A stretch of 64,000 nt of DNA from an uncultured Candidatus Rokubacteria bacterium (lineage in GTDB: Bacteria; Methylomirabilota; Methylomirabilia; Rokubacteriales; DASRDR01): positions 60,822 through 124,821 of the forward strand of contig CAWDPM010000001.1 in the NCBI GenBank assembly GCA_963804185.1. The letters run 5' to 3'. The position numbers and the translations under genes are program-made. The notes below the pieces were generated by a model. That model was given only the letters and a program-made list of their open reading frames with translations, did not search any database and was not told the DNA's origin. Of the stretch, positions 17,281 through 28,609 are shown in pieces. Each line of letters starts with the position of its first letter. Position 1 is the first letter of the stretch.

Positions 17281-18978
17281 TCAGTCGGCGAACGTCACGC
17301 GGAGGACCTCGTCGATCGTCGTGAGCCCGTTCGCCACCTTCCGGAGCCCGGCCTGCCGGAGCGTGCGCATGCCGACCTTCACCGCGATCTCCTTGAGCTC
17401 GCTGGCGGGCCGCTGGCGCACGATGGCCTCCTGCAGCTCCGGAACCATCCACATGGTCTCCTGGATGGAGATCCGCCCCTTGTACCCGGTGTTGGCGCAC
17501 GCGCCGCACCCCTTCCCCACGTAGACGCGCAGGCCCCCGGCCTCCTCGGGGCGGAAGCCGATGTCGATCAGGGCGGACTCGGGGACCTGGACGGTCTCCC
17601 GGCACTCCAGGCAGATGCGGCGCACCAGGCGCTGGGCGACGACCAGGAGCAGGGACGAGGAGATCAGGAAGGGCGGGATCCCCATGTCCTGGAGGCGCGT
17701 GACGGTGCTGGGGGCATCGTTGGTGTGCAGGGTGGAGAAGACGAGGTGCCCGGTGAGGGCGGCGCGGATCGCGATCTGTGCGGTCTCCAGGTCACGCATC
17801 TCGCCGACCAGGATCACGTCGGGGTCCTGCCGCAGGAACGCCCGGAGCGCCGCGGAGAAGGTGTAGCCGATGTCCTCCCGCACCAGCACCTGATTGACCC
17901 CGGTGATGTTGAACTCGACGGGATCCTCCGCCGTGAGGATGTTGATGTCGGGGTTGTTGATGGTCGCGACGGCCGCGTAGAGGGTCGTGCTCTTTCCGCT
18001 GCCGGTGGGCCCCGTCACCAGGATCATGCCATAGGGCGTCGTGATGGTCTTCTTGAACCGCGCGAGGTCGTCCTCCTCGAACCCGAGACGGGCGAGGTCG
18101 AGGACGACGCTCGCCTTGTCCAGGACGCGCATGACGATCTTCTCGCCGAAGGTCGTGGGCAGGGAGGAGACGCGCAGGTCGATCTCGCGGGTCTGGAACC
18201 TGACGGAGAGGCGGCCGTCCTGGGGCAGGCGCCGCTCCGCGATGTCGAGGTTCGACATGATCTTGACCCGGGACAGGATGGCGGCTTCCATCTGCTTCGG
18301 CGGGTTCATCATGTCGTGCAGCACGCCGTCGATCCGGTACCGCACCCGGAAGACCTTCTCGTACGGCTCCAGGTGAATGTCCGAGGCCCGCTTGCGGATG
18401 GCGTCGGCGATGATCAGGTTGACGAAGCGGATCGTCGGCGCCTCTTCGGCCTCCCGCCCCAGCTCCGCGAGGTCGACCTGGGTTCCCGTGTCGAGCACTT
18501 CGAGATTCCCGGTGGTCTCCTTGTCGATGAGCTTCTTGATGTCGTCGCCGACGCCCACGTTGTAGTTTTGGTCGATGGCCGCCCGGATGGCGCTCTCGGC
18601 CGCGAGCACGGGGATGACGTGGAGCCCCGTGGCGAACTGGACGTCGTCGATCGCCAGCACCACGGTCGGGTCCGACAGCGCCAGCGTCAGGGTGTTCCCG
18701 ACCTGCCGGACCGGGAACACCTGGTACTTCTGGACGATCTCCCTGCGGACCTGTCGCAGGATGCCAGGGTCGATCTCGACGCGGCCGAGATTGATCACCG
18801 GGATGCCGTACTTCCGGCTCAGGAAGTCGAGTAACTCCTCCTCGGTGAGGAAGCCCAGTCGCGTCAGGATCGTCGCCAGCCGCTCCCCCGACCGGCGCTG
18901 CTCGGCCAGGGCCTTGCCGGCCGCCTCTTGGGTGAGCAGCTTCTCCTTGACGAGCAGCTCGAGCAGGCGCGGGTTCAC
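17281..18978 (-). CDS. pilB: type IV pilus assembly ATPase PilB (GspE family)
   Basis: 565 aa. N-terminal GSPII_E_N-like domain, GMILVTGPTGSGKSTT, a tetracysteine motif (CLECRE...CGACANTG), VGEMRDLETA. Confidence 0.9.
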   Translation of the reverse strand: MNPRLLELLVKEKLLTQEAAGKALAEQRRSGERLATILTRLGFLTEEELLDFLSRKYGIPVINLGRVEIDPGILRQVRREIVQKYQVFPVRQVGNTLTLALSDPTVVLAIDDVQFATGLHVIPVLAAESAIRAAIDQNYNVGVGDDIKKLIDKETTGNLEVLDTGTQVDLAELGREAEEAPTIRFVNLIIADAIRKRASDIHLEPYEKVFRVRYRIDGVLHDMMNPPKQMEAAILSRVKIMSNLDIAERRLPQDGRLSVRFQTREIDLRVSSLPTTFGEKIVMRVLDKASVVLDLARLGFEEDDLARFKKTITTPYGMILVTGPTGSGKSTTLYAAVATINNPDINILTAEDPVEFNITGVNQVLVREDIGYTFSAALRAFLRQDPDVILVGEMRDLETAQIAIRAALTGHLVFSTLHTNDAPSTVTRLQDMGIPPFLISSSLLLVVAQRLVRRICLECRETVQVPESALIDIGFRPEEAGGLRVYVGKGCGACANTGYKGRISIQETMWMVPELQEAIVRQRPASELKEIAVKVGMRTLRQAGLRKVANGLTTIDEVLRVTFAD

Positions 18979-19006
18979 GACCTTGCGCCCTCCTCTCCGA
19001 GCCCGC

Positions 19007-19405
19007 TCACGTCCTCGCCTTCGGCGAGGCGCCGAGCGTCTCGTTCACGACCTGGAGGAAGCAATCGAGCCCGGACCCCTTCTCGAAGAAGGAGACCGCC
19101 CTGTGGTGCGCGAGCTTCCTGGCGAGGGGGTCCCCCCCGAGACCCGTCATGAGGATCACCGGGACATCGCCGTCTGTGCGGCGGATGGCGTCCAGGACGA
19201 CCAGGCCGTCCATGTCCGGCATCATGATGTCGAGCACGGCCAGCTCGGGGGAGCACTCCTCGAACTTCCGGACGGCCTCCTGGCCGGAGGTCGCCCGGAG
19301 TACCTCGTGACCCTCGAGTGCGAGGACGTCATCCAGCACCTCCAGGACGGCCGGGGCGTCGTCGGCGACGAGGATGCGTGCCATCTCAGGCCTGGTGGGG
19401 TCCAT
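19007..19405 (-). CDS. single-domain response regulator (CheY-like receiver)
   Basis: MARILVADDAPAVLEVL...LAVLDIMMPDMDG...PVILMTG. An alternative start at ATG 19384 is likely. Confidence 0.8.
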   Translation of the reverse strand: MDPTRPEMARILVADDAPAVLEVLDDVLALEGHEVLRATSGQEAVRKFEECSPELAVLDIMMPDMDGLVVLDAIRRTDGDVPVILMTGLGGDPLARKLAHHRAVSFFEKGSGLDCFLQVVNETLGASPKART

Positions 19406-19504
19406 TCTGGCTGCGTCGACGCGAAGCGACGGGCGCGCTCGTCATCGGCGGCTGGAAGCCAGCAAAGGTTATACCATGAGGGACGACCCTCGCCAGGCGG
19501 CCGA

Positions 19505-20050
19505 TCAGCTAGCCCGGCGCGCTGTCGCCAGGCCGAGCGAGGCGCAAAACGCCTGATAAGTGTCCTCCTGGAACAGCACCAGGGTGATCCGGCGGACACT
19601 CGACTCCTTCACCTCGGCGAAGTGGGCCCGCAGCGCGCCCACCATGGCCTCCGCGGACTCCTTGGGCTCAACGCGTCCGACGCCCGTCCCGAACGCTGGA
19701 AAGGCGATCGTGTGGAGCCGGAGCTCCTCGGCGCGGCGCAGAGAGTTCAGGGTGGCGCGGCGCACGAGATCGACGCTCGACCTGAGGTCGGGACCCATGA
19801 CGGCGGCATGGATGACGTAGTTCGCGGGAAGGTTACCGGCCGTGGTCACCACCGCCTCGCCGCCCTCCACGGGACCTTGCCGCACGGCGTCCTCCTCGAC
19901 GATCGTCCCGCCCTTTCGCTTGATCGTGGAGGCCACACCCGTGCCCATGGACAGCGCGCTGTTGGCGGCATTGACGATGGCATCGACCTCGTACTCGGTG
20001 ATGTCACCGCGCTCGAGGTACATGTCCGCGGGGCCCACCCGAACCTTCAT
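19505..20050 (-). CDS. macro-domain protein (ADP-ribose binding/hydrolase type)
   Basis: 181 aa, GDITEYEVDAIVNAANSAL.MGTGVA...VIHAAV...IAFPAFGTGVG. Confidence 0.8.
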   Translation of the reverse strand: MKVRVGPADMYLERGDITEYEVDAIVNAANSALSMGTGVASTIKRKGGTIVEEDAVRQGPVEGGEAVVTTAGNLPANYVIHAAVMGPDLRSSVDLVRRATLNSLRRAEELRLHTIAFPAFGTGVGRVEPKESAEAMVGALRAHFAEVKESSVRRITLVLFQEDTYQAFCASLGLATARRAS

Positions 20051-20070
20051 CGCAGTCTCCCCTCACCTGC

Positions 20071-20880
20071 TCAGGCCGGTCTCTCGTGCGACTTCGCCTG
20101 GGTCCACAGCCGCTCCAGCTCGTCGAGGGACAGGCCGGCCAGATCCCGGCCCTCGCTCCGGGCGGCTTCCTCCATCAAACCGAAGCGCCGGCTGAAGCGG
20201 TCGACGGCCGCCTGCAGCGCGTCCTCGGGATCCACCTTCGCGAGCCGGGCCACGTTGACGACGGAGAACAGGAGGTCGCCCAGCTCCTCACGGACAGCGC
20301 TTCCGCTGCTCCCGCGGAGCGCCTCCGTCACCTCGCCGAGCTCCTCGTGGGTCTTCTCCAGCGCGCCGGTTGCGTCGGGCCAGTCGAACCCGACGCGCGC
20401 GGCCTTGTGCTGGACGCGCTGCGCGCGCGAGAGGGCCGGCATCGCGCGGGGCACCCCGGCGAGCGTCGCGCGACGCGGCCCGTGATTCTCGGACTCCTTG
20501 ATCGCCTCCCACCGGCTCAGGGCCTCCGCCGCCGAGCTCACCGGCTGGTCGCCGAAGACGTGGGGGTGACGGCGAGTCATCTTCGCGATGAGGGCATCGA
20601 GGAGCGCGGTCATCGAGAACTCGCCTCGCTCGCGGGCGATCTCTCCGTGGAAGACGACCTGGAAGAGCAGATCGCCAAGCTCCTCGCGGATGCTCGCGGC
20701 GTCACCGCTGTCGAGGGCGTCGAGGACCTCGTACGTTTCCTCGACGAGGAAGGGGCGGAGGGATTCCCGGGTCTGCTCTCGGTCCCACGGACACCCGCCG
20801 TCACCGCGCAGGCGGGCCATCATCGTCAGCAGGTCCAGGAACCGCTGGCCGGCGTCCGGGCTCGACATCGGGGGCCCCAT
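20071..20880 (-). CDS. mazG: nucleoside triphosphate pyrophosphohydrolase MazG
   Basis: MGPPMSSPDAGQRFLDLLTMMARLRGDGGCPWDREQT...EETYEVLDA...EELGDLLF, with two EExxE/D repeats. The longer track ORF upstream is not supported. Confidence 0.85.
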   Translation of the reverse strand: MGPPMSSPDAGQRFLDLLTMMARLRGDGGCPWDREQTRESLRPFLVEETYEVLDALDSGDAASIREELGDLLFQVVFHGEIARERGEFSMTALLDALIAKMTRRHPHVFGDQPVSSAAEALSRWEAIKESENHGPRRATLAGVPRAMPALSRAQRVQHKAARVGFDWPDATGALEKTHEELGEVTEALRGSSGSAVREELGDLLFSVVNVARLAKVDPEDALQAAVDRFSRRFGLMEEAARSEGRDLAGLSLDELERLWTQAKSHERPA

Positions 20881-21057
20881 CGTGCGTTCTGCGGGGGCGA
20901 AAGCGCAACCCCCGCAGGGCGCCGCCAGTATAGCACGGGCGTCGCGGTGTCCCGGGCCCGCCCGGTGTCCCGGCCGCTTGTCCGGGGTCGCCTCGTGTGC
21001 TAGCGTCAGGGCGCTTCCGCGGGCTCGGCCCCGAGCCCGCACTCGAGGAGGGCACCT

Positions 21058-21510
21058 GTGTCCGAGCGTGAATCCGATCCAGGCTTCAGCGTGGTGGATC
21101 GTCGACGTCGAGGAGAGGAGGAGGAGACTCCCTCGGCCCGCCCCGCGGCGCCGCCCATCACAGAACCCGTGCGACCCCCGAGCTCGCCGCCGCCCCAGGG
21201 GACGATGATCACTTCGCCGGGCGGTCCCAGAGACGCACCCGCCGGAGCACCGAAGGCCGACCTCACGTCGCTCCTGGTCATGCTCTACGGAGATGCGATG
21301 GCCAACCTCGGACAGGCGCCCGACCCGGCGACGGGACGGCCTCACATCGACCTCGATCATGCGCGCTTCACGATCGACCTCTTGGCCGTGTTGCAGGACA
21401 AGACCCGTGGCAACCGGACGCCGGACGAGAGCGCCGTCCTCGAGGAGATGCTCTCGACCCTAAGGATGGGCTTCGTCCGGCTGAGCCAGGGACGCCGCAA
21501 AGACCGCTGA
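21058..21510 (+). CDS. DUF1844 domain protein
   Basis: 150 aa. GTG start with a GAGGAGG RBS. C-terminal part reads LTSLLVMLYGDAMANLGQAPDPATGRPHIDLDHARFTIDLLAVLQDKTRGNRTPDE. Confidence 0.65.
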   Translation: MSERESDPGFSVVDRRRRGEEEETPSARPAAPPITEPVRPPSSPPPQGTMITSPGGPRDAPAGAPKADLTSLLVMLYGDAMANLGQAPDPATGRPHIDLDHARFTIDLLAVLQDKTRGNRTPDESAVLEEMLSTLRMGFVRLSQGRRKDR

Positions 21511-21522
21511 CCCGACCGCACC

Positions 21523-22173
21523 TTACCCCGGGGCGCCGGGGCCCCGGCCCGGGCGGCGGGTGCGAATGAGCAATCGCCCGGGCTCGGCGTCGACCCGCTC
21601 GACGACCCTCGGCATCCGCCACACCAGGGCGACGGGCCGGCCGCCCAGAACGCGCCAGAGCACTACTACCGGGACGCGCTGACGTCCGATCGCGGCGGCG
21701 TGAGCCCGGAATTCACCCCGACCGGGCGACGTCACAGCGACCTGACCCCGCGCGGTGACCCACACGGGCTGGTCGGCAACGACCCCGGGGAGCATCCGCG
21801 TCGGCGCCGACCCGAACACCGCCTCCATGAGTCGCCCGAGGCGGGTGGCCCCGCCAAGCTCCACCCCCTCCGGGCCGATCTCCACCCGGACCGGCCAGAC
21901 GGGCGGATCTTTCACCACCACGTGGCCGGCCAGAAACGCGTTGACCTCGCCGGCCGTCAGGACCAGCGGGTCGGCCCGAGAGGTGAGGCCCGCTTCCCGA
22001 AGAAAGAGCTGCGCCAGAACGCTCTGGACGTGAAGGCCGGCCCGGGGGTCCGAAGCGACCACGCCCGCCTCATCGGGCCAGGCAAGCGCCATCCACAGGA
22101 CGACGACAGAAGCCAGAGCCAGGGTCAGCACGAAAGCCGTCAGGCCCACGGCAAGCCGGCCAGGGCGAGGCAT
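21523..22173 (-). CDS. hypothetical membrane-anchored protein
   Basis: ATG 22173 gives MPRPGRLAVGLTAFVLTLALASVVVLWMALAW (signal anchor). No recognisable domain. Confidence 0.5.
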   Translation of the reverse strand: MPRPGRLAVGLTAFVLTLALASVVVLWMALAWPDEAGVVASDPRAGLHVQSVLAQLFLREAGLTSRADPLVLTAGEVNAFLAGHVVVKDPPVWPVRVEIGPEGVELGGATRLGRLMEAVFGSAPTRMLPGVVADQPVWVTARGQVAVTSPGRGEFRAHAAAIGRQRVPVVVLWRVLGGRPVALVWRMPRVVERVDAEPGRLLIRTRRPGRGPGAPG

Positions 22174-22210
22174 CCACCCACCATACGGACTGGAGCGCCA
22201 GCCGGCAAGC

Positions 22211-22239
22211 TTGACAATGGGCGTATCAGCTTGTATATG
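22211..22239 (+). promoter_or_regulatory. candidate sigma-70 promoter of the dnaK operon
   Basis: TTGACA (22211-22216), 17 nt, TATATG (22234-22239). About 70 nt upstream of the dnaK ATG. Confidence 0.45.
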
Positions 22240-22310
22240 ATGCTGGTACTCAAATCGGGGTGACTGGGCCCTCGGCTGGGCGCGGCCCGGACTCAAGGAG
22301 ACACAGGAAA

Positions 22311-24227
<1,917 letters not shown>

Positions 24228-24263
24228 CGACTACCGGGCGAGCGCGCCGTCGAGGGAGCGCGG

Positions 24264-25289
24264 GTGAGGAAGCGCGACTACTACGAGGTGCTCGGGGTCT
24301 CGCGAGGGGCCCCGGTCTAGGAGATCCGCCGGGCCTACCGGCGGCTCGCCCGCCGCTACTCGCCGGACGTGAACCTGTGGGACGCGCGGGCCGAGGGGCT
24401 GTTCGAGGAGATCCAGGAGGCCTACCGCGTCGTCGGCGATCCGGCGGCGCGGCCGCTCTACGATCGGCTCGGGCACCAGGCCTTCGAGCCGGCAGGGGAC
24501 GGGTCGAGCGTCGGACCCGGCGCGCGCGGCGAGGACATTCACTACGTGATGGAGCTCGAGCTCGGCGAGGCGCTGCGGGGCGTGCGGGTCGAGATCGAGG
24601 TCACGCGGCTGGACCCGTGCGAGACCTGCGGTGGCGTCCGGCGGCGCCGGCGGCGGTCGAGCCTTGCCCGGCGTGCCAGGGACGGCCCGTCCGCGTCGCT
24701 CTCGACCGGGATCGACCCGTGGCCACCCGCTGCGCCGCGTGCGGCGGGACGGGCTGGCGTCTCCCGCCGCCCTGCTCCGGCTGCGCGGGCCGGGGAACCC
24801 GGGCCCGGCCGTGCCGGATCGCGGTCGCCATCCCGCCCGGCGTCGACACAGGCGCCCAGGTGCGCGTCCCGGACGAGGGCCACGCCGCGCCGGCCCCCGG
24901 GCGCCGGGGCGACCTGATCGTCATCACGCGCGTGCGGCCGCACCCGCTCTTCACTCGGAAGGGCGACCACCTGCACTGCGAGGTGCCCCTGACGGTGCCC
25001 GAGGCGGCGCTGGGGGCGCGAATCCAGATCCCCACGCCGGACGGGCCGGTGGCGGTGACGATCCCCGCCGGGACCCAGACGGGCCAGACGCTCCGGGTCC
25101 GGGGGAAGGGCTGGCCCCGGCTGGACCGAGACGGGCGGGGCGACCTGCTCGTCCAGGCGCGGGTCATGATTCCGCGGAACGCGGGACCCCGCGCTGGAAG
25201 AGGTCCTGCAGGCCCTGCGACGGCTTCTCCCGGAGGACCCGCGGGCGGAGCTCTGGGGCATCCCGGGGCGACAGGGGGCCGGCCGGTGA
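24264..25289 (+). pseudogene. dnaJ: DnaJ-family co-chaperone, disrupted as sequenced (in-frame TAG plus at least 2 frameshifts)
   Basis: J domain [36 protein letters not shown], with TAG at 24318-24320. Zinc-finger repeats CETCGG / CPACQG / CAACGGTG / CSGCAGRG are split over two frames near 24640. The C-terminal domain GDLIVITRV...LRVRGKG...GDLLVQARV shifts frame again near 25190. Confidence 0.85.
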
Positions 25290-25672
25290 GCGATCGAGGC
25301 CGGCCGCTCTACCGCATCAGCGTGGTCGCCGAGATGCTGGCGCTCCACCCGCAGACGCTCCGGCTCTACGAGAAGAAGGGCCTGATCCGGCCCAGCCGGA
25401 CGACGGGGCGGACCCGGGTCTACTCGGCGGAGGATGTCGAGGAGATCCGGCTGATCCTGCGGCTCGCCGGGAGCTTGGCGTGAATCTCGCTGGGATCGAG
25501 ATCATCTTAAAGATGCGGCGCCAGATGCAGGCCATGCAGCAGGAGCTGGAGGCGATGGCCCCCCACGGTCGTCGCGAGCCCCGGCAGTCCCGTCCCGGAC
25601 GGGGCCGCCGGGCCGCGCGGCGCGCTGGTCCGGGTCGCGGACCGGCAACTTCGCAAACTCGATGTCAGCTAG
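25286..25672 (+). pseudogene. hspR: MerR-family heat-shock repressor HspR, 2 frameshifts as sequenced
   Basis: VSDRGRPLYRISVVAEMLALHPQTLRLYEKKGLIRPSRTTGRTRVYSAEDVEEIRLILRLA / ELGVNLAGIEIILKMRRQMQAMQQELE / GALVRVADRQLRKLDVS*, spread over three frames with shifts near 25470 and 25590. The GTG overlaps the dnaJ stop (GTGA). Confidence 0.75.
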
Positions 25673-25684
25673 ACGGGAGTGAGA

Positions 25685-26125
25685 ATGGCACGTTCACGAT
25701 CGAGCAAGCGACCCGCCGACGTCCAGGCGGAGCTGAAGGCGCTGCTCCTCCAGAAGCGCGCCGAGCTCGTGGCCAAGCTCCGGGAGGAGCGCGAGGGTCG
25801 CATCGAGGCGATCTCGCGCCGCGAGAAGATCGAGGGTATGCCGTTCGGCGACCGCCCCGCGCTGTCGCCCGACGACGAGATGGGCTTCGCAGTGGCCGAC
25901 CGCCGGGCCGGGATGCTCGCCCAGGTGGACCTGGCGCTGAAGAAGATGGAGGAAGGGAGCTACGGCCGCTGCGAGGCGTGCGAGGAAGAGATTGCGCCGG
26001 CACGGCTTCGCGCCCATCCTTTCGCGGTCCGCTGCACGCGGTGCCAGGAGGTATGGGAGCGGGACCAGTCCCGCGCCGAGGCCGGGGGGACCCGCACTCG
26101 AGGACTCCCCGAAGAGACCGCATGA
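25685..26125 (+). CDS. DksA/TraR-family C4 zinc-finger protein
   Basis: ...LKKMEEGSYGRCEACEEEIAPARLRAHPFAVRCTRCQ. ATG 25685 has a GGGAG RBS. Its stop overlaps the lon ATG (ATGA). Confidence 0.8.
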   Translation: MARSRSSKRPADVQAELKALLLQKRAELVAKLREEREGRIEAISRREKIEGMPFGDRPALSPDDEMGFAVADRRAGMLAQVDLALKKMEEGSYGRCEACEEEIAPARLRAHPFAVRCTRCQEVWERDQSRAEAGGTRTRGLPEETA

Positions 26126-28587
26126 GCGAGACGGATATCCGCATCGAGACGAGCCCGGCCGCCGGGGGCGCTGCCAGCACCGCACGTCCTGGCGCGGGCC
26201 CGGACGAGCTCGCCATCCTCCCGCTCCGGGAGGCCGTCCTCTTTCCGCAGGCAGTCATCCCGCTTGCGGTCGCTCGGCCGTCGTCCGTCCGGGCCGTGGA
26301 CGAGGCCGTGCTGGGCGAGAGCCGGGCGATCGGCGTCGTGACCCAGCGCGACGCCACGCAGGAAGCGCCGGCCCCCCAGGACCTCTACCAGATGGGCACG
26401 GTGGCGACGATCCACCGGATGCTCAAGCAGTCCGACGGCACGATCCGCCTGGTCGTCCAGGGGCTCGAGCGGTTCCGGGTGCTGGAGTTCACGCAGACGA
26501 CGCCGCACCTGCGCGCCCGGATCGAGCGCGTGCCGGACATCATGCCGGCCGCCGACGACGTCGAGGCCCAGGCGCTCGGACGCCAGGCCAGCACGCTCTT
26601 CGAGCGCGTCGTCGAGCTGTCGCCGACGCTGTCCGACGAGCTGCTTACTCTCGTCGCCGGGGCCGGCGACGCGGGGCAGATGATCGACCTCATCGCCGCG
26701 GTGCTGCCCTCCCTGACCACGGTCGAGCGTCAGACGCTTCTGGAGACGGCTGAAGTCAAGGTGCGCCTGAAGACGCTCGTGGAGTCGCTCACGAAGGAGG
26801 CGGAGGTCCTCGAGCTCGGCTCCAAGATCCACTCGCAGATCCAGAGCGAGATGACCAAGACGCAGCGGGAGTACTACCTCCGCGAGCAGCTGAAGGCGAT
26901 CCAGAAGGAGCTCGGCGAGGGCGACGACCGCAGCCAGGAGCTGACCGAGCTCCGCGAGAAGATCGAGTCCGTCGGCATGTCGGAGGAAGCGCACCGCGAG
27001 GCGCTGCGCGAGCTGGAGCGCCTCTCGAAGATGCCGCAGGCGGCCGCCGAGTACTCGGTCGCCCGGACCTACCTCGAGTGGCTCACCGCCCTCCCGTGGC
27101 GCAAGGAGACGGCGGACGACATCGAGCTCGGCCACGCCCGCACCGTGCTCGACGAGGACCACTGGGGGCTCGGCAAGATCAAGGAGCGTCTCCTGGAGCA
27201 CCTCGCGGTCCGGAAGATCCGGCCCGAGGGCAAGGCTCCGATCCTCTGCTTCGTGGGGCCTCCCGGCGTGGGCAAGACCTCGCTCGGCCGGTCGATCGCC
27301 CGGGCGCTCGGGCGCAAGTTCCACCGGATCGCGCTCGGTGGGATGCGGGATGAAGCCGAGATCCGCGGCCACCGGCGCACGTACATCGGAGCCCTGCCCG
27401 GCCAGATCATCCAGGGACTCCGGCGAAGCGAGTCGAAGAATCCCGTGTTCATGCTGGACGAGATCGACAAGCTCGGCTTCGACTTCCGGGGAGACCCGGC
27501 GTCGGCGCTCCTCGAGGTGCTGGACCCCGAGCAGAACGGGACCTTCCGGGACCACTACCTCGACGTGCCATTCGACCTCTCGCGCGTCCTGTTCATCACG
27601 ACCGCGAATCTGCTCGACCCGATCCCGGCGCCGCTCCGCGACCGGATGGAGATCATCGAGCTGCCCGGGTACACGGAGGATGAGAAGGTCGAGATCGCCC
27701 GGCGCCACCTCAGTCCGAAGCAGGCCGTGGAGCACGGTCTCGGGCTCGTCCGGGACATCACGTTCACGGAGCCGGCGCTCCGGCTCCTCGCCAGGAGCTA
27801 CACGCGCGAGGCGGGGGTGCGAAGCCTCGAGCGAGAGATTGCCGCGCTGTGCCGGAAGGTCGCCCGGCGGCGCGCCGAGGGCGATCTCGCGCCGGTCACG
27901 GTGGATCCCGAATCCGTGACGGCGCTTCTCGGGGCGCCCCGCTTCTTCCTCGAGGAGGAGATCGCCGAGCGGACCCGCACCCCCGGCGTGGCCGTGGGGC
28001 TCGCGTGGACCCCGGCCGGCGGCGACGTCCTCTTCGTCGAGGCTTCGCGAATGCCTGGCGGCAAGTCACTCACGCTGACGGGCCAGCTGGGCGACGTGAT
28101 GAAGGAGTCCGCCCAGGCGGCGGTCTCGTGGGTCCGGGCCCACGCCGCCGAGCTCGGCATCGCTCCGGACTTCTGGATGCGCTCCGACCTGCACCTCCAC
28201 GTCCCGGCCGGCGCCATCCCGAAGGACGGCCCGTCGGCCGGCGTGACCTTGGCCACGGCCCTGGTCTCCCTCCTCCGCGGTCAGCCCATCCGGCCGGGCC
28301 TCGCGATGACCGGCGAGATCACGCTCTCCGGGCGCGTCTTGCCGGTCGGAGGCATCAAGGAAAAGGTCCTGGCCGCCCACCGGACGGGGCTCACGACCGT
28401 GATCCTCCCCCGGCAGAATGAGCGGCAGCTGCTCGAGGACGTCCCGGCGGAGGTGCGCGGGCAGCTCGAGGTCCATCTGGTGAGGGACGTGGCCGAGGTC
28501 TTGCGCATTGCCCTGCCCGATGCGGCGCACTGGGATCCTCTGGACCGAGAGCTCGAGCTCGAACTGGCCGGGAAAGCCACGTCCTGA
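26122..28587 (+). CDS. lon: ATP-dependent protease Lon
   Basis: 821 aa. LON N-domain (LPLREAVLFPQAVIPLAV), GPPGVGKTS, and the protease site PKDGPSAGVTLATAL. The track ORF 24631..28587 is extended upstream by an open out-of-frame stretch. Confidence 0.95.
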   Translation: MSETDIRIETSPAAGGAASTARPGAGPDELAILPLREAVLFPQAVIPLAVARPSSVRAVDEAVLGESRAIGVVTQRDATQEAPAPQDLYQMGTVATIHRMLKQSDGTIRLVVQGLERFRVLEFTQTTPHLRARIERVPDIMPAADDVEAQALGRQASTLFERVVELSPTLSDELLTLVAGAGDAGQMIDLIAAVLPSLTTVERQTLLETAEVKVRLKTLVESLTKEAEVLELGSKIHSQIQSEMTKTQREYYLREQLKAIQKELGEGDDRSQELTELREKIESVGMSEEAHREALRELERLSKMPQAAAEYSVARTYLEWLTALPWRKETADDIELGHARTVLDEDHWGLGKIKERLLEHLAVRKIRPEGKAPILCFVGPPGVGKTSLGRSIARALGRKFHRIALGGMRDEAEIRGHRRTYIGALPGQIIQGLRRSESKNPVFMLDEIDKLGFDFRGDPASALLEVLDPEQNGTFRDHYLDVPFDLSRVLFITTANLLDPIPAPLRDRMEIIELPGYTEDEKVEIARRHLSPKQAVEHGLGLVRDITFTEPALRLLARSYTREAGVRSLEREIAALCRKVARRRAEGDLAPVTVDPESVTALLGAPRFFLEEEIAERTRTPGVAVGLAWTPAGGDVLFVEASRMPGGKSLTLTGQLGDVMKESAQAAVSWVRAHAAELGIAPDFWMRSDLHLHVPAGAIPKDGPSAGVTLATALVSLLRGQPIRPGLAMTGEITLSGRVLPVGGIKEKVLAAHRTGLTTVILPRQNERQLLEDVPAEVRGQLEVHLVRDVAEVLRIALPDAAHWDPLDRELELELAGKATS

Positions 28588-28609
28588 TCGGGAAGGCCGC
28601 GTCCTGATT
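28570..28609. repeat. 20-nt x2 tandem duplication spanning the lon stop codon
   Basis: gggaaagccacgtcctgatc / gggaaggccgcgtcctgatt, 3 mismatches. Confidence 0.8.

Noticed and set aside
22200-22310. HspR operator (HAIR, CTTGAGT-N7-ACTCAAG) upstream of dnaK
   Set aside because: Only half-sites are present (ACTCAAA at 22248, ACTCAAG at 22290). The nearest partner, CTTGTAT, is 11 nt away and mismatched, so the inverted repeat is not convincing.
24318-24320. In-frame TAG in dnaJ as stop-codon reassignment or programmed readthrough
   Set aside because: TAG terminates several well-supported genes in the same window, including pilT (16170), the histidine kinase (33790) and dnaK (24225). The same gene also has frameshifts, so this is a nonsense change or a base-call error.
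24631-28587. 1318-aa track ORF as one giant protein
   Set aside because: It is a composite. Only the last 821 codons (from ATG 26122) are Lon. The upstream part is Arg/Pro/Gly-rich out-of-frame read-through across dnaJ, hspR and the DksA-like gene.
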